Shown here: positions 9,101-16,618 of the stretch, piece after piece
Layout: each line of letters begins with the position of its first letter
How positions within the stretch are numbered: the stretch's first letter is position 1
Origin: Nitratidesulfovibrio vulgaris str. Hildenborough
GTDB lineage: Bacteria; Desulfobacterota; Desulfovibrionia; Desulfovibrionales; Desulfovibrionaceae
NCBI RefSeq assembly: GCF_000195755.1
Contig: NC_002937.3
Span: forward strand, 600,001-632,000
Length of the DNA: 32,000 bases
Reading direction: 5' to 3'
Notes under the pieces: model-generated
What the model was told of the DNA's origin: nothing
The model's input: the letters and a program-made list of their open reading frames with translations, nothing else
Databases searched by the model: none
Position numbers and translations under genes: made by a program

Positions 9101-9128
9101 TGCAATTGCAGCGCATGTGGCAATTGCC
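9101..9128. promoter_or_regulatory. two GCAATTGC-core palindromes (tGCAATTGCa, gGCAATTGCc), a candidate operator in the divergent hmcA / TIM-barrel-gene intergenic region
   Basis: Both 10-bp palindromes are perfect, at 9101-9110 and 9119-9128. Their centres are 18 bp apart. No protein has been assigned to them. Confidence 0.3.
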
Positions 9129-9242
9129 CCCTTTTCCCTTGGGGACGTGTGGTTGCGGGCATGAACGTCGATGCGGTGAAAGGGGCGCGGGCCTCTGCTG
9201 TGCAACCTTCAATGGTCACCGACCGGTGGCGCGGGAAATGCT

Positions 9243-10031
9243 ATGTTCGTAAACTTGCCGTTAAGTTGGATCGCTCGAGACAAGCGGTGGTTCAGGCTTT
9301 TCATAGAAAGGCGCATCAATCCCGAATTCGGGATGGACACGGTGGCGGTGCAGGACCTCCCCGAGTCGTGGCATCGTGAGACGGCAGCCATGCTGCGTGC
9401 CGAAGGGCTGGCTTGCGGGGTGCATCTGCCCTTCTTCGACCTGCATCCGGGCAGCTTCAATGACGCCATCCTTGCCGCCTCACGCGAAACCTTGCGTCGG
9501 GCAGCTGCACTGGCGTCACTGTATGCGCCACATCATATGATAGGGCATGTGTCATGGGACGGCAGCCAGCATGGTGCCGATGCCGCCCGCTGGCTTGAAC
9601 GGTCTGCGGGGACGTGGGAAGGGGTGCTGGCGGTCTCGGAGGCGAGGCTGTGCCTTGAGAACACACACGAGCGCAGCCCGGAGCATCTTCGGAGGGTTGT
9701 CGATGCGTTGCCGGTGGAAAGGGCAGGCATCTGCTTCGATGTGGGGCACTGGTTCAGCTTCGCGGGGGGTATCGCCCGTGACGACCTCGACCGATGGCTT
9801 GATGCCTTCGCGCCTCGCCTCAGCCATCTGCATCTTCATGACAATGACGGCAGTGGCGACCAGCATCTCGGGCTGGGGGCCGGACGCATCCCGCTGGCGG
9901 CGTTCTTCGAGGGGCTTGAACGGCGAGGGGTCAAGCCTTCAGCGACGCTGGAACCGCATGACGAAGTGGCCTTCGAACAGTCGCTTGCGTGGATGCGCGC
10001 GCGACCGGAGGTCATGACGTTGCTCGGGTGA
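9243..10031 (+). CDS. xylose-isomerase-like TIM-barrel protein (sugar phosphate isomerase/epimerase, AP-endonuclease-2 fold)
   Basis: Contains the motifs LCLENTHE, ICFDVGHW and HLHLHDNDG, which are characteristic of the metal-binding TIM-barrel family. Confidence 0.75.
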   Translation: MFVNLPLSWIARDKRWFRLFIERRINPEFGMDTVAVQDLPESWHRETAAMLRAEGLACGVHLPFFDLHPGSFNDAILAASRETLRRAAALASLYAPHHMIGHVSWDGSQHGADAARWLERSAGTWEGVLAVSEARLCLENTHERSPEHLRRVVDALPVERAGICFDVGHWFSFAGGIARDDLDRWLDAFAPRLSHLHLHDNDGSGDQHLGLGAGRIPLAAFFEGLERRGVKPSATLEPHDEVAFEQSLAWMRARPEVMTLLG

Positions 10032-10048
10032 TTCCAGCCGGTTGCCGT

Positions 10049-11452
10049 CTATCCTTTGAACGTGTCTCCGGAAGTGCCCAGACGACGCAGGATCTTCTGG
10101 AGTGACACGCGTTCGATGCCTGAAAGTCGCGCCGCCTCGGATATGTTGCCTCCCGTCTGGCGCAAGAGGCCTTCGACGTAACGGCGGGTGAAATCCTCCA
10201 CGACAGCCCCCTTCGCCTCTTTGTAGGGAACAAGGGATGGCGTCTCCGCAGTCGTCGGGCAGGTCGTGCCGTCCACAAGACGAAGGTGGGCGGTGTCGAT
10301 GGTGTCTCCCGGGCAGAAGACGACGAGCCTGCGGATGTAGTTCTGTAGTTCCCTGACATTGCCGGGCCACTCCCTTCCGGCAAGACAGGCAAGTGCGCCG
10401 GGTGAGATGCGTTTCACAGGGCTGGAGAGCTCCCGGCAAGTCGCCGCGACGAAGTGGTCTGCCAGCAGTGGGATGTCGTCGCGCCGTTCTCGGAGGGGGG
10501 GCGTGTGGATGGTCAGCACGTTGAGCCTGTAGAAGAGGTCTTCCCGGAAGAGTCCCTGCTTGATGCGCTCTTCGAGGGCCCTGTTGGTGCTGGCGATGAT
10601 ACGCACATCCACGAGGGTGCTCGCGCTTGACCCCACAGGGCGAATCTCGCGCTCTTGCAAGACCCGGAGCAGCTTGGTCTGGAGTGCCTCACCGATGTCC
10701 CCGATTTCATCCAGCAGGAGCGTTCCCCGTTGCGCAGACATGAAGAGCCCGCGCCGAGTCCTGTCTGCCCCCGTGAATGCCCCTTTGACGTGTCCGAACA
10801 GTTCACTTTCCAGAAGCTGGTCGGGGATGGAGGGGCAGTTCACTTTGACTAGTGGGCGCTCCCTCCTGCTGCCGAGGCGGTGCAGCATGTCGGCGACGAG
10901 TTCCTTGCCTGTCCCTGATTCTCCCCTGATGAGCACAGAGTAGTCCGTGGCTGCGATGGCCGCGATAGTCTCCTTGAGGCGTTGCATGACCGGAGATTCG
11001 CCTATCATCTGGCGTTCGATGCAGCCTTGTTGCATCATTTGACGCAACCGTTTGTTCTCTTTGAGGATGCGTATCCGCTCCAGCGCCTTGTTGAGGGTCC
11101 TTTGCAGTTCTTCGCGGCGGACGGGCTTGGTGAGGAAGTCGTATGCGCCGTTCTTGAGGGCGGCGACCGCCGTCTCTATGGAACCGTGCGCCGTGAGCAG
11201 GATGACCGAAGTCGTGGGGTCCACGGTCATGGCCTGCTGCATGAGTTCCATTCCATCCATGTCGGGCATCCGCAGGTCGGTGAGCAGCAGGGCGACCCCG
11301 CTGCCCTGGATGATGTGCAGCGCCTCAGCGCCGGAAAGCGCCACAGAGACACTGGCTGCCGGAAAGTCCCTGCTCACCAGTCTTGCCAGTCCGTGCGCGA
11401 AGTCGGGTTCGTCATCGACGATGAGGATGTGTTCGTCACATGTCGTTGGCAT
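10049..11452 (-). CDS. sigma-54-dependent response regulator (NtrC family: REC + AAA+ + Fis-type HTH)
   Basis: REC domain (ILIVDDEPDF...DLRMPDMDG). The AAA+ domain has Walker A GESGTGKE and the GAFTGA loop. The C-terminal HTH is GNISEAARLSGIERVSLQKILRRLG. The ATG at 11452 overlaps the kinase 3' end by 17 nt; the track's 5' extension is rejected. Confidence 0.9.
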   Translation of the reverse strand: MPTTCDEHILIVDDEPDFAHGLARLVSRDFPAASVSVALSGAEALHIIQGSGVALLLTDLRMPDMDGMELMQQAMTVDPTTSVILLTAHGSIETAVAALKNGAYDFLTKPVRREELQRTLNKALERIRILKENKRLRQMMQQGCIERQMIGESPVMQRLKETIAAIAATDYSVLIRGESGTGKELVADMLHRLGSRRERPLVKVNCPSIPDQLLESELFGHVKGAFTGADRTRRGLFMSAQRGTLLLDEIGDIGEALQTKLLRVLQEREIRPVGSSASTLVDVRIIASTNRALEERIKQGLFREDLFYRLNVLTIHTPPLRERRDDIPLLADHFVAATCRELSSPVKRISPGALACLAGREWPGNVRELQNYIRRLVVFCPGDTIDTAHLRLVDGTTCPTTAETPSLVPYKEAKGAVVEDFTRRYVEGLLRQTGGNISEAARLSGIERVSLQKILRRLGTSGDTFKG

Positions 11453-13847
11453 GGTCGCGGGGGTCTCCGTCAGCAGGAAAGTGAAGAATGAATGTGGCAC
11501 CGTCGTCGGTGGAGACGTCGATGTTGCCGTTGAGGTCGCGCATGATGCCATAGACGACGGCAAGTCCGAGACCCGTGCCGCGTCCTGTTTCCTTCGTCGT
11601 GTAGAAAGGGTCGAAGATGCGGTCACGGTGCGCTTCAGGGATGCCCGGCCCGTTATCCCTGATGGTCACCGTGACACCGTACCCCTTGCCGCAGGTGCTG
11701 ATGGCAATGGTGCCTGTACGTTCCGGCACGGCATCGAGGGCGTTGAGGAGCAGGTTGGAGAACACCTGTCCCAGGGAGTCCCGGTCAGCGTAGACACGCG
11801 GCAGGTCGGGTTCAAGGTCGAGTGAGACGTTCACGCCCGACTTGCGGGCTTTCGGCATGAAAATCTCCACGATATCGGACAGCACGTCGTTGATGTCACA
11901 GGCCTCGCAGCGTGTGTCCTTGGGGCGGGCGAAGTCGAGCAGGTCACGGACGACACGCTGGGCCTGAAGGGTGTGTCGCAGGATGATGTCGAGGTCATGG
12001 CGTGCCTGCGAGTCTCCGACCTGTGTCTGGAGCAGTTCGGCGTAACACATGATGACGCCGAGGGGGTTGTTGATCTCGTGGGCGAGCCCTGCTGCAAGGC
12101 GTCCCACCGAGGCAAGCTTCTCCTGCTGCCGCATCTGGTCGAACATGCGCTTTTCCCTCGTCGTCTCACGAAGGTAGACCACGCTACGGTTCCTGCCGTG
12201 TGTCTGTGCAAGCGGATAGACGTTGATGACGAACGAGCGTCCATCCTCGAGTGCGATTTCCATCTGGGCAGGCTCTGCCACGGCGTCGGGGAGTCCTGCA
12301 TCATCGAGAAGGCGCGGCAGACCACCCGGTATAGCCTTTGCCATGCGTTCGGCTGACCCGTTGGCAAACACGATGGCCCCGTGACCGTCAAGGAGCAGCA
12401 GGGGGTCGGAGATGCCTTCGAATATGGAGTCGAGCAGGGTGTTCTGCCGCAGGAGGTTGTCGAGCACGTCGATGTTGTCGAGCGCGATGCCCAGCTGACG
12501 TCCCAGTGCCTGTGCCAGTTCAGGAGTGCGCGGCCCGTGCGGTCTGTCTTCGCGCCAGAAAAGGCAGAGCAGGCCACGGGATGTCTCGGTGGTCTGGACG
12601 GGGATGTACCACGCGCGGGGTGTGAGCCGCGGCAAGCCGTCTCCAAGGAGCACTCCCATGTCCTCTGGCAGTTGTGGCGGTGCTGCGTCTGCGGGCCATG
12701 AGAATGACTCGGTACCCGAAAGCAGGCAGGCGTATGCGGCGCTGGCAGCGTTGAAGCGACGGGCGATGAGTTCGAGCGATGTGCCGAGAAGGTCGTGCTT
12801 GCCCTGGCTGCGGTTCAGTCCGGCGAGAAGTTCGACGAACAGCCCGACATCGGCACTCCGGGCGTCGGCCTCCGCCTGAAGGTCTGCCGTTCGCGTCGCG
12901 ACCATCGACTCGAGATTGCTCGCGTAGTCTTTGAGTTGCTGCCTAGCCTGCGCCAGTTGTCGTGTGAAGCCTTCCATGGTGTTGATGACATCTTCAATCT
13001 CTTCGTCACGGCGCAGCCTGTCGAGCATGGAACCGTTCGCGTCGAAGCCGAGCTGACGTTGCATGGCGGCTCCCATCCGTCTCAGATTGTAGACGACAAG
13101 GCGCGTGAAGAACGTGTGGATGATGGCAAAGAGGATGACCATGCCCACGGCGAAGAGCGTGGCGAAGGAGGTTATGGCCTCCTTCGCCGAACTGAGGGAT
13201 TCGTCGATGGCGATGGATACGAGGTCGATGCCCGCCAGTTCACCGGGGGAGCGGCCAAAGCCCCGCACAGGGCCATACAGTGCGATCAGTTGCGGGGGGG
13301 CATCTTCCGGGGCACCGTGGCACTTCATGCAGGCTTCTTCGAAACGGACGGGGCGGGCGGTTATGAACCGTTCGCCCCTCTCGCCGTTTTCAGTCTCCTC
13401 GATGCGGGTCAGTGTCGGGTCGGCCTTGAAGCGTTCTATGAGCCCACGCTCCAGAGAGGCAGCTTCGAAGGACGGGTTGCGGGCGTCGATGGCGACACGC
13501 CGGTATTCGAATGCCTCGTTCCCGTGAGCCGGGTCGCTCATGACGTGCCGGGTGACGAACGACGTCGACATGGCTTCGATGATGAACCTGTCGGCTGGCA
13601 GGTCCCGGTACATGGCGGGGCGCAACGTGTTGCGCACATAACTCTGCACCGATTCGGCGTGGCTGAGGATGAGCGAGGCTTTGGAACGGGCTTCGGCGGA
13701 CACAAGCTGGTTCAGGTGCATGTACAGGGAGGCTGCGAAGAACAGCCCCATGGTGACGAGGATGCCCATGAGGCCGAGCATGAACCGTATCTGGAGCGAA
13801 TAAGGCTTGTGGCGGCGGTGCCCGTTCTCAGGGGGTGCGGAGGGCAT
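11436..13847 (-). CDS. sensor histidine kinase with a periplasmic CXXCH-containing (DUF3365/Tll0287-like) domain, HAMP/coiled coil, GAF-like and PAS regions, HisKA and HATPase_c
   Basis: Two TM helices flank a periplasmic region of about 180 aa that carries CMKCHG. The H-box is LAHEINNPL. N, G1 and G2 boxes are present (NLLLNALDAV, DNGPGI, GTGLGLAV). Confidence 0.9.
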   Translation of the reverse strand: MPSAPPENGHRRHKPYSLQIRFMLGLMGILVTMGLFFAASLYMHLNQLVSAEARSKASLILSHAESVQSYVRNTLRPAMYRDLPADRFIIEAMSTSFVTRHVMSDPAHGNEAFEYRRVAIDARNPSFEAASLERGLIERFKADPTLTRIEETENGERGERFITARPVRFEEACMKCHGAPEDAPPQLIALYGPVRGFGRSPGELAGIDLVSIAIDESLSSAKEAITSFATLFAVGMVILFAIIHTFFTRLVVYNLRRMGAAMQRQLGFDANGSMLDRLRRDEEIEDVINTMEGFTRQLAQARQQLKDYASNLESMVATRTADLQAEADARSADVGLFVELLAGLNRSQGKHDLLGTSLELIARRFNAASAAYACLLSGTESFSWPADAAPPQLPEDMGVLLGDGLPRLTPRAWYIPVQTTETSRGLLCLFWREDRPHGPRTPELAQALGRQLGIALDNIDVLDNLLRQNTLLDSIFEGISDPLLLLDGHGAIVFANGSAERMAKAIPGGLPRLLDDAGLPDAVAEPAQMEIALEDGRSFVINVYPLAQTHGRNRSVVYLRETTREKRMFDQMRQQEKLASVGRLAAGLAHEINNPLGVIMCYAELLQTQVGDSQARHDLDIILRHTLQAQRVVRDLLDFARPKDTRCEACDINDVLSDIVEIFMPKARKSGVNVSLDLEPDLPRVYADRDSLGQVFSNLLLNALDAVPERTGTIAISTCGKGYGVTVTIRDNGPGIPEAHRDRIFDPFYTTKETGRGTGLGLAVVYGIMRDLNGNIDVSTDDGATFILHFPADGDPRDHANDM

Positions 13848-13991
13848 GGCGGAAACCGTTCCGGGTTGTCGTGTCCTGTCGGGCGGTCCATATGACCGCG
13901 CGGAACATGGGGCTTCGAAGTGTCTTGTCTCTATAGCGCGTCACCTGAACAATGGGCAACAGGCGGCGGTTCTGATGCTTCCTGATGGATA

Positions 13992-14017
13992 CACATGCTA
14001 ACACGAGTTAGCATGTG
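13992..14017. promoter_or_regulatory. 11-bp perfect inverted repeat (cacatgctaac-acga-gttagcatgtg), a candidate upstream activator site for the adjacent NtrC-type regulator
   Basis: The palindrome is read directly from the sequence. Its centre lies about 73 bp upstream of the GG of the sigma-54 promoter at 14076. T-tracts lie in between. Confidence 0.5.
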
Positions 14018-14075
14018 CAGTTTTGACGGTCTCTATAAGATCCTGTTTTGTTTCGACTGTTTTCTTTTCTTGCCG

Positions 14076-14091
14076 TGGCATGCAGCTTGCT
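14076..14091 (+). promoter_or_regulatory. sigma-54 (-24/-12) promoter TGGCATGCAGCTTGCT
   Basis: Fits TGGCAC-N5-TTGCW with the invariant GG and GC spaced by exactly 10 nt. It lies 53 nt upstream of the USP ATG and is divergent from an operon encoding a sigma-54 activator. Confidence 0.7.
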
Positions 14092-14144
14092 TCGTATCGA
14101 GTGTCAGTTCAGGTCACAACCAATCCTAAGCATCAGGAGTCACC

Positions 14145-14567
14145 ATGAAACTGCTCGTTCCTTATGATGGTTCACCCCAGTCGGACAAAGCCTTGGACAC
14201 CGCGGTACATCTTGCGCAAGGCATGGGCGGGGCTATTGTCGTCGTCAATGTGGTGCCTGACCTCTGTCTGATGTCCGAAGAGATACCGGCTGGTGATTGC
14301 GATGCCGTATCTAGGGCATTGGACATGAATGGTTCTGTGGCATTGCACCGTGCAGGTGAAAAGCTGAAGGGTTCTGGCGTCGAGGTCGAGACTGTCATGA
14401 AGAGCGGGCGTATCGTGGACAGCATACTTGATGTAGCTCAGGAGAGGTCCATCGACTGCATCGTCATAGGTGCTCATGGAAGGCACAAGGCCTTGCGTAT
14501 GCTTCTTGGCAGTGTGTCGTCGAAAGTGGCCGAACTGTCATCGTGCAATGTGCTTATCGTCAAGTAG
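14145..14567 (+). CDS. universal stress protein (UspFG-type, ATP-binding motif present)
   Basis: USP fold signature. G-x2-G-x9-G-S is present as GAHGRHKALRMLLGS. The C-terminus is CNVLIV. The RBS is AGGAG. Confidence 0.85.
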   Translation: MKLLVPYDGSPQSDKALDTAVHLAQGMGGAIVVVNVVPDLCLMSEEIPAGDCDAVSRALDMNGSVALHRAGEKLKGSGVEVETVMKSGRIVDSILDVAQERSIDCIVIGAHGRHKALRMLLGSVSSKVAELSSCNVLIVK

Positions 14568-14588
14568 TAACATCAGGAGAAACAGGTC

Positions 14589-15698
14589 ATGCAAGAGAAG
14601 GGTCTCGCCGGAAAGATGATGGACATCGTGCCCGGCCTGCTCGTCATGGTCGGCACGCTCTACGTACTGCGTACCTATGTCGAACCGTGGATGAAGGATG
14701 CCGTGGTCTTCGGCAGGAAGGGCTGGCTGGTGCAGGTTCTCAGCCTCAACTACATCCTGCTTTCGATTCTTACCGGTATGTTCTACCGGAACATCCTGTT
14801 CGGCGGCAAGATACCGGGGTGGGCCGAAGAGGGCTTCAGGACGACCCGTCTGTTCATCAAGACCGGTGTCATCATGCTCGGTTCGCTCTACACTTTCGAC
14901 AAGCTGCTCAAGGTGGGCGGTGTCGCCATCACCCTCATCGTGGCGTTCGTTTTCGGAACGGCCATCTTCATCATGTGGCTGGGTAGCCGTCTTGGGGCAG
15001 ACAGGTCCGTCACGGCGACCATGGCGGCTGCATGCGGTGTGTGCGGTGTCTCGGCTGCGGTGGCTACCGCCCCCGGTGTGCGGGCCAAGCCCGTCGACCT
15101 TGCGCTCTCCATCGCCACCATCCTCGGTTTCGGCATCATGACGATGTTCGTGAGCCCCTTCATCGGCAAGGCCCTGCAACTTTCCGACTACCAGTTCGGA
15201 GCATGGGTGGGCACGGGTATCCTGAACTCGGGTCAGGTGCTCGCCACCTGCCTCGCATTCAACCCCGTGTTCGCTCCGGGTACGGCCGTTGCCTATGGTG
15301 AGATATGGAACGTCGTGCGCGTCATCTGCATCCCCTTCGTCGTGTTCTTCATCACGGCTTGGTACTGGAAGGGTGAGGCCGATGCCGAACACACCAGCCT
15401 CGGCAGCATCCTTGCCTCCAAGTTCCCCATCTTCGTTCTCGGCTTCGTGGGCATGACCGCCCTGTCGTCGCTGCATATGCTCGGTGCCGAGGGGTCCGAG
15501 ACCCTGCACCTCATGCGCGATGTCATGGCGTGGATCTTCGGCGTTGGCCTCGTGGGCCTTGGAGCCTATATCGACGTGCGCGAGATCAAGGCCGCCGGCG
15601 GTGTTCCGCTGCGCATCGGCCTGATTGCAGGCATGGTCAAGTACATCCTCGCCCTGATCATCATCCTCGCCTTCATCCCCAAGGAAGGCGCGTTCTAG
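14589..15698 (+). CDS. YeiH/UPF0324 (putative sulfate exporter, PSE) family polytopic membrane protein
   Basis: 369 aa with about 10-11 TM helices. The central motif ACGVCGVSAAVATAP resembles the conserved ICG.SA motif of YeiH-family proteins. The RBS is AGGAG. Confidence 0.65.
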   Translation: MQEKGLAGKMMDIVPGLLVMVGTLYVLRTYVEPWMKDAVVFGRKGWLVQVLSLNYILLSILTGMFYRNILFGGKIPGWAEEGFRTTRLFIKTGVIMLGSLYTFDKLLKVGGVAITLIVAFVFGTAIFIMWLGSRLGADRSVTATMAAACGVCGVSAAVATAPGVRAKPVDLALSIATILGFGIMTMFVSPFIGKALQLSDYQFGAWVGTGILNSGQVLATCLAFNPVFAPGTAVAYGEIWNVVRVICIPFVVFFITAWYWKGEADAEHTSLGSILASKFPIFVLGFVGMTALSSLHMLGAEGSETLHLMRDVMAWIFGVGLVGLGAYIDVREIKAAGGVPLRIGLIAGMVKYILALIIILAFIPKEGAF

Positions 15699-15720
15699 GC
15701 GCCGTAGCAAGGAGTCCGCA

Positions 15721-16122
15721 ATGTCTGCCGACGACAAGAAGAAGTCCCTCACTGTATTCAGGTCCGACCGCCACGAGGACGTTGCCGCCATCGTCTTCTC
15801 CGCCCTGGTCGTAGTGTGCGTGCTGGCCTATATGGCCTTCGTCATCCCCACCGTGAAGATAACGGTGCAGCAGGACGGCAAGCTGACCGAAGTGTTCGTC
15901 ACCGAAGGGGCACAGGTGAAAACGGGCGACAAGCTGTACGCTCTCGAGGTCGTTGAGAAGAAATGGGTCAACAACGCCATGCAGGAGAAGACGGTGGTGA
16001 AGGAATTCACCGCCAAGGCCAACGGCAAGGTCCTCAAGGTCACTGGTCAGCCCGGCGAGGCCGTGAAGAAGGGAAAGCACTCGGTCATCGTGCTTGAGCA
16101 CGAGAAGGGGACCTTGCCCTAA
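15721..16122 (+). CDS. small membrane-anchored protein with a biotinyl/lipoyl-like (barrel-sandwich hybrid, HlyD-like) domain; hypothetical
   Basis: Has an N-terminal TM helix (AAIVFSALVVVCVLAYMAFVI). Two half-motifs follow, GKLTEVFVTEGAQVKTGDKLYAL and ANGKVLKVTGQPGEAVKKGKHSVIVLE. The RBS is AAGGAG. The stop overlaps the next ATG (TAATG). Confidence 0.55.
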   Translation: MSADDKKKSLTVFRSDRHEDVAAIVFSALVVVCVLAYMAFVIPTVKITVQQDGKLTEVFVTEGAQVKTGDKLYALEVVEKKWVNNAMQEKTVVKEFTAKANGKVLKVTGQPGEAVKKGKHSVIVLEHEKGTLP

Positions 16123-16547
16123 TGAAGATACTGTTGGCCCTTGATGACCATGTGCGTGCGACAGAAGAAGCCCTGCGCATGGCACGTGAGCAGGGAGCAC
16201 AGTTGGACGCCCTGTTCGTCATGGATGCTACGTGGGATGTCTTCACCGGGCACGACTGGCTTTCGGGGTGCAACTCGCGCATCGGCTTTCTCGAGTACAT
16301 GCATGATGAAGAGCAGAAGGCCGCCGCAAAGGCTGCGACGAGGTATCTTGACCTCGCAGCCGGGATCCCCGGAGGGTTGGTCACAGCCCGTGGTGATGTG
16401 GTGGAGGAGACTCTGGCACAGGCCGCCAGGGGGTATGACCTGCTTGTGCTCGCCAACCCGTTCACGCGGGGGCTTGAGATGATGCGTGATGCGGTGACGC
16501 GTATCGCGCGCGATGCCCCGTGCGATGTCCTGCTGGTGAGGGCATAG
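16122..16547 (+). CDS. universal stress protein-like protein (degenerate, lacks the ATP-binding G-x2-G-x9-G-S/T motif)
   Basis: Has USP-like ends (MKILLALDD...CDVLLVRA). It is translationally coupled to the upstream gene (TAATG). Confidence 0.7.
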   Translation: MKILLALDDHVRATEEALRMAREQGAQLDALFVMDATWDVFTGHDWLSGCNSRIGFLEYMHDEEQKAAAKAATRYLDLAAGIPGGLVTARGDVVEETLAQAARGYDLLVLANPFTRGLEMMRDAVTRIARDAPCDVLLVRA

Positions 16548-16590
16548 CCTCAGCAGCGTGCGAATGTGTCCGCTGTTCTGTGATTATCAG

Positions 16591-16618
16591 GAGGCCGCCG
16601 CAGAGATGTGGCGGCCTC
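16591..16618 (+). terminator. GC-rich hairpin downstream of the USP operon (probable terminator, weak T tail)
   Basis: The stem is gaggccgcc-(10 nt)-ggcggcctc, followed by tctggtc. Confidence 0.4.

Noticed and set aside
9001-9252. An 83-aa Cys-rich plus-strand ORF in the hmcA upstream intergenic region
   Set aside because: It has no RBS and spans the AT-rich promoter-like patch. It runs into the start of the next gene, and the Cys/Gly/Arg richness is what a random GC-rich frame gives.
12795-13895. A 366-aa plus-strand ORF inside the kinase locus
   Set aside because: It is antisense to the histidine kinase, which has H, N and G boxes. It has no recognisable domain.
14538-15791. A 417-aa minus-strand ORF
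   Set aside because: It is antisense to the YeiH-like membrane protein gene. The plus-strand genes have RBSs and operon spacing, and the minus product is a charged low-complexity sequence.
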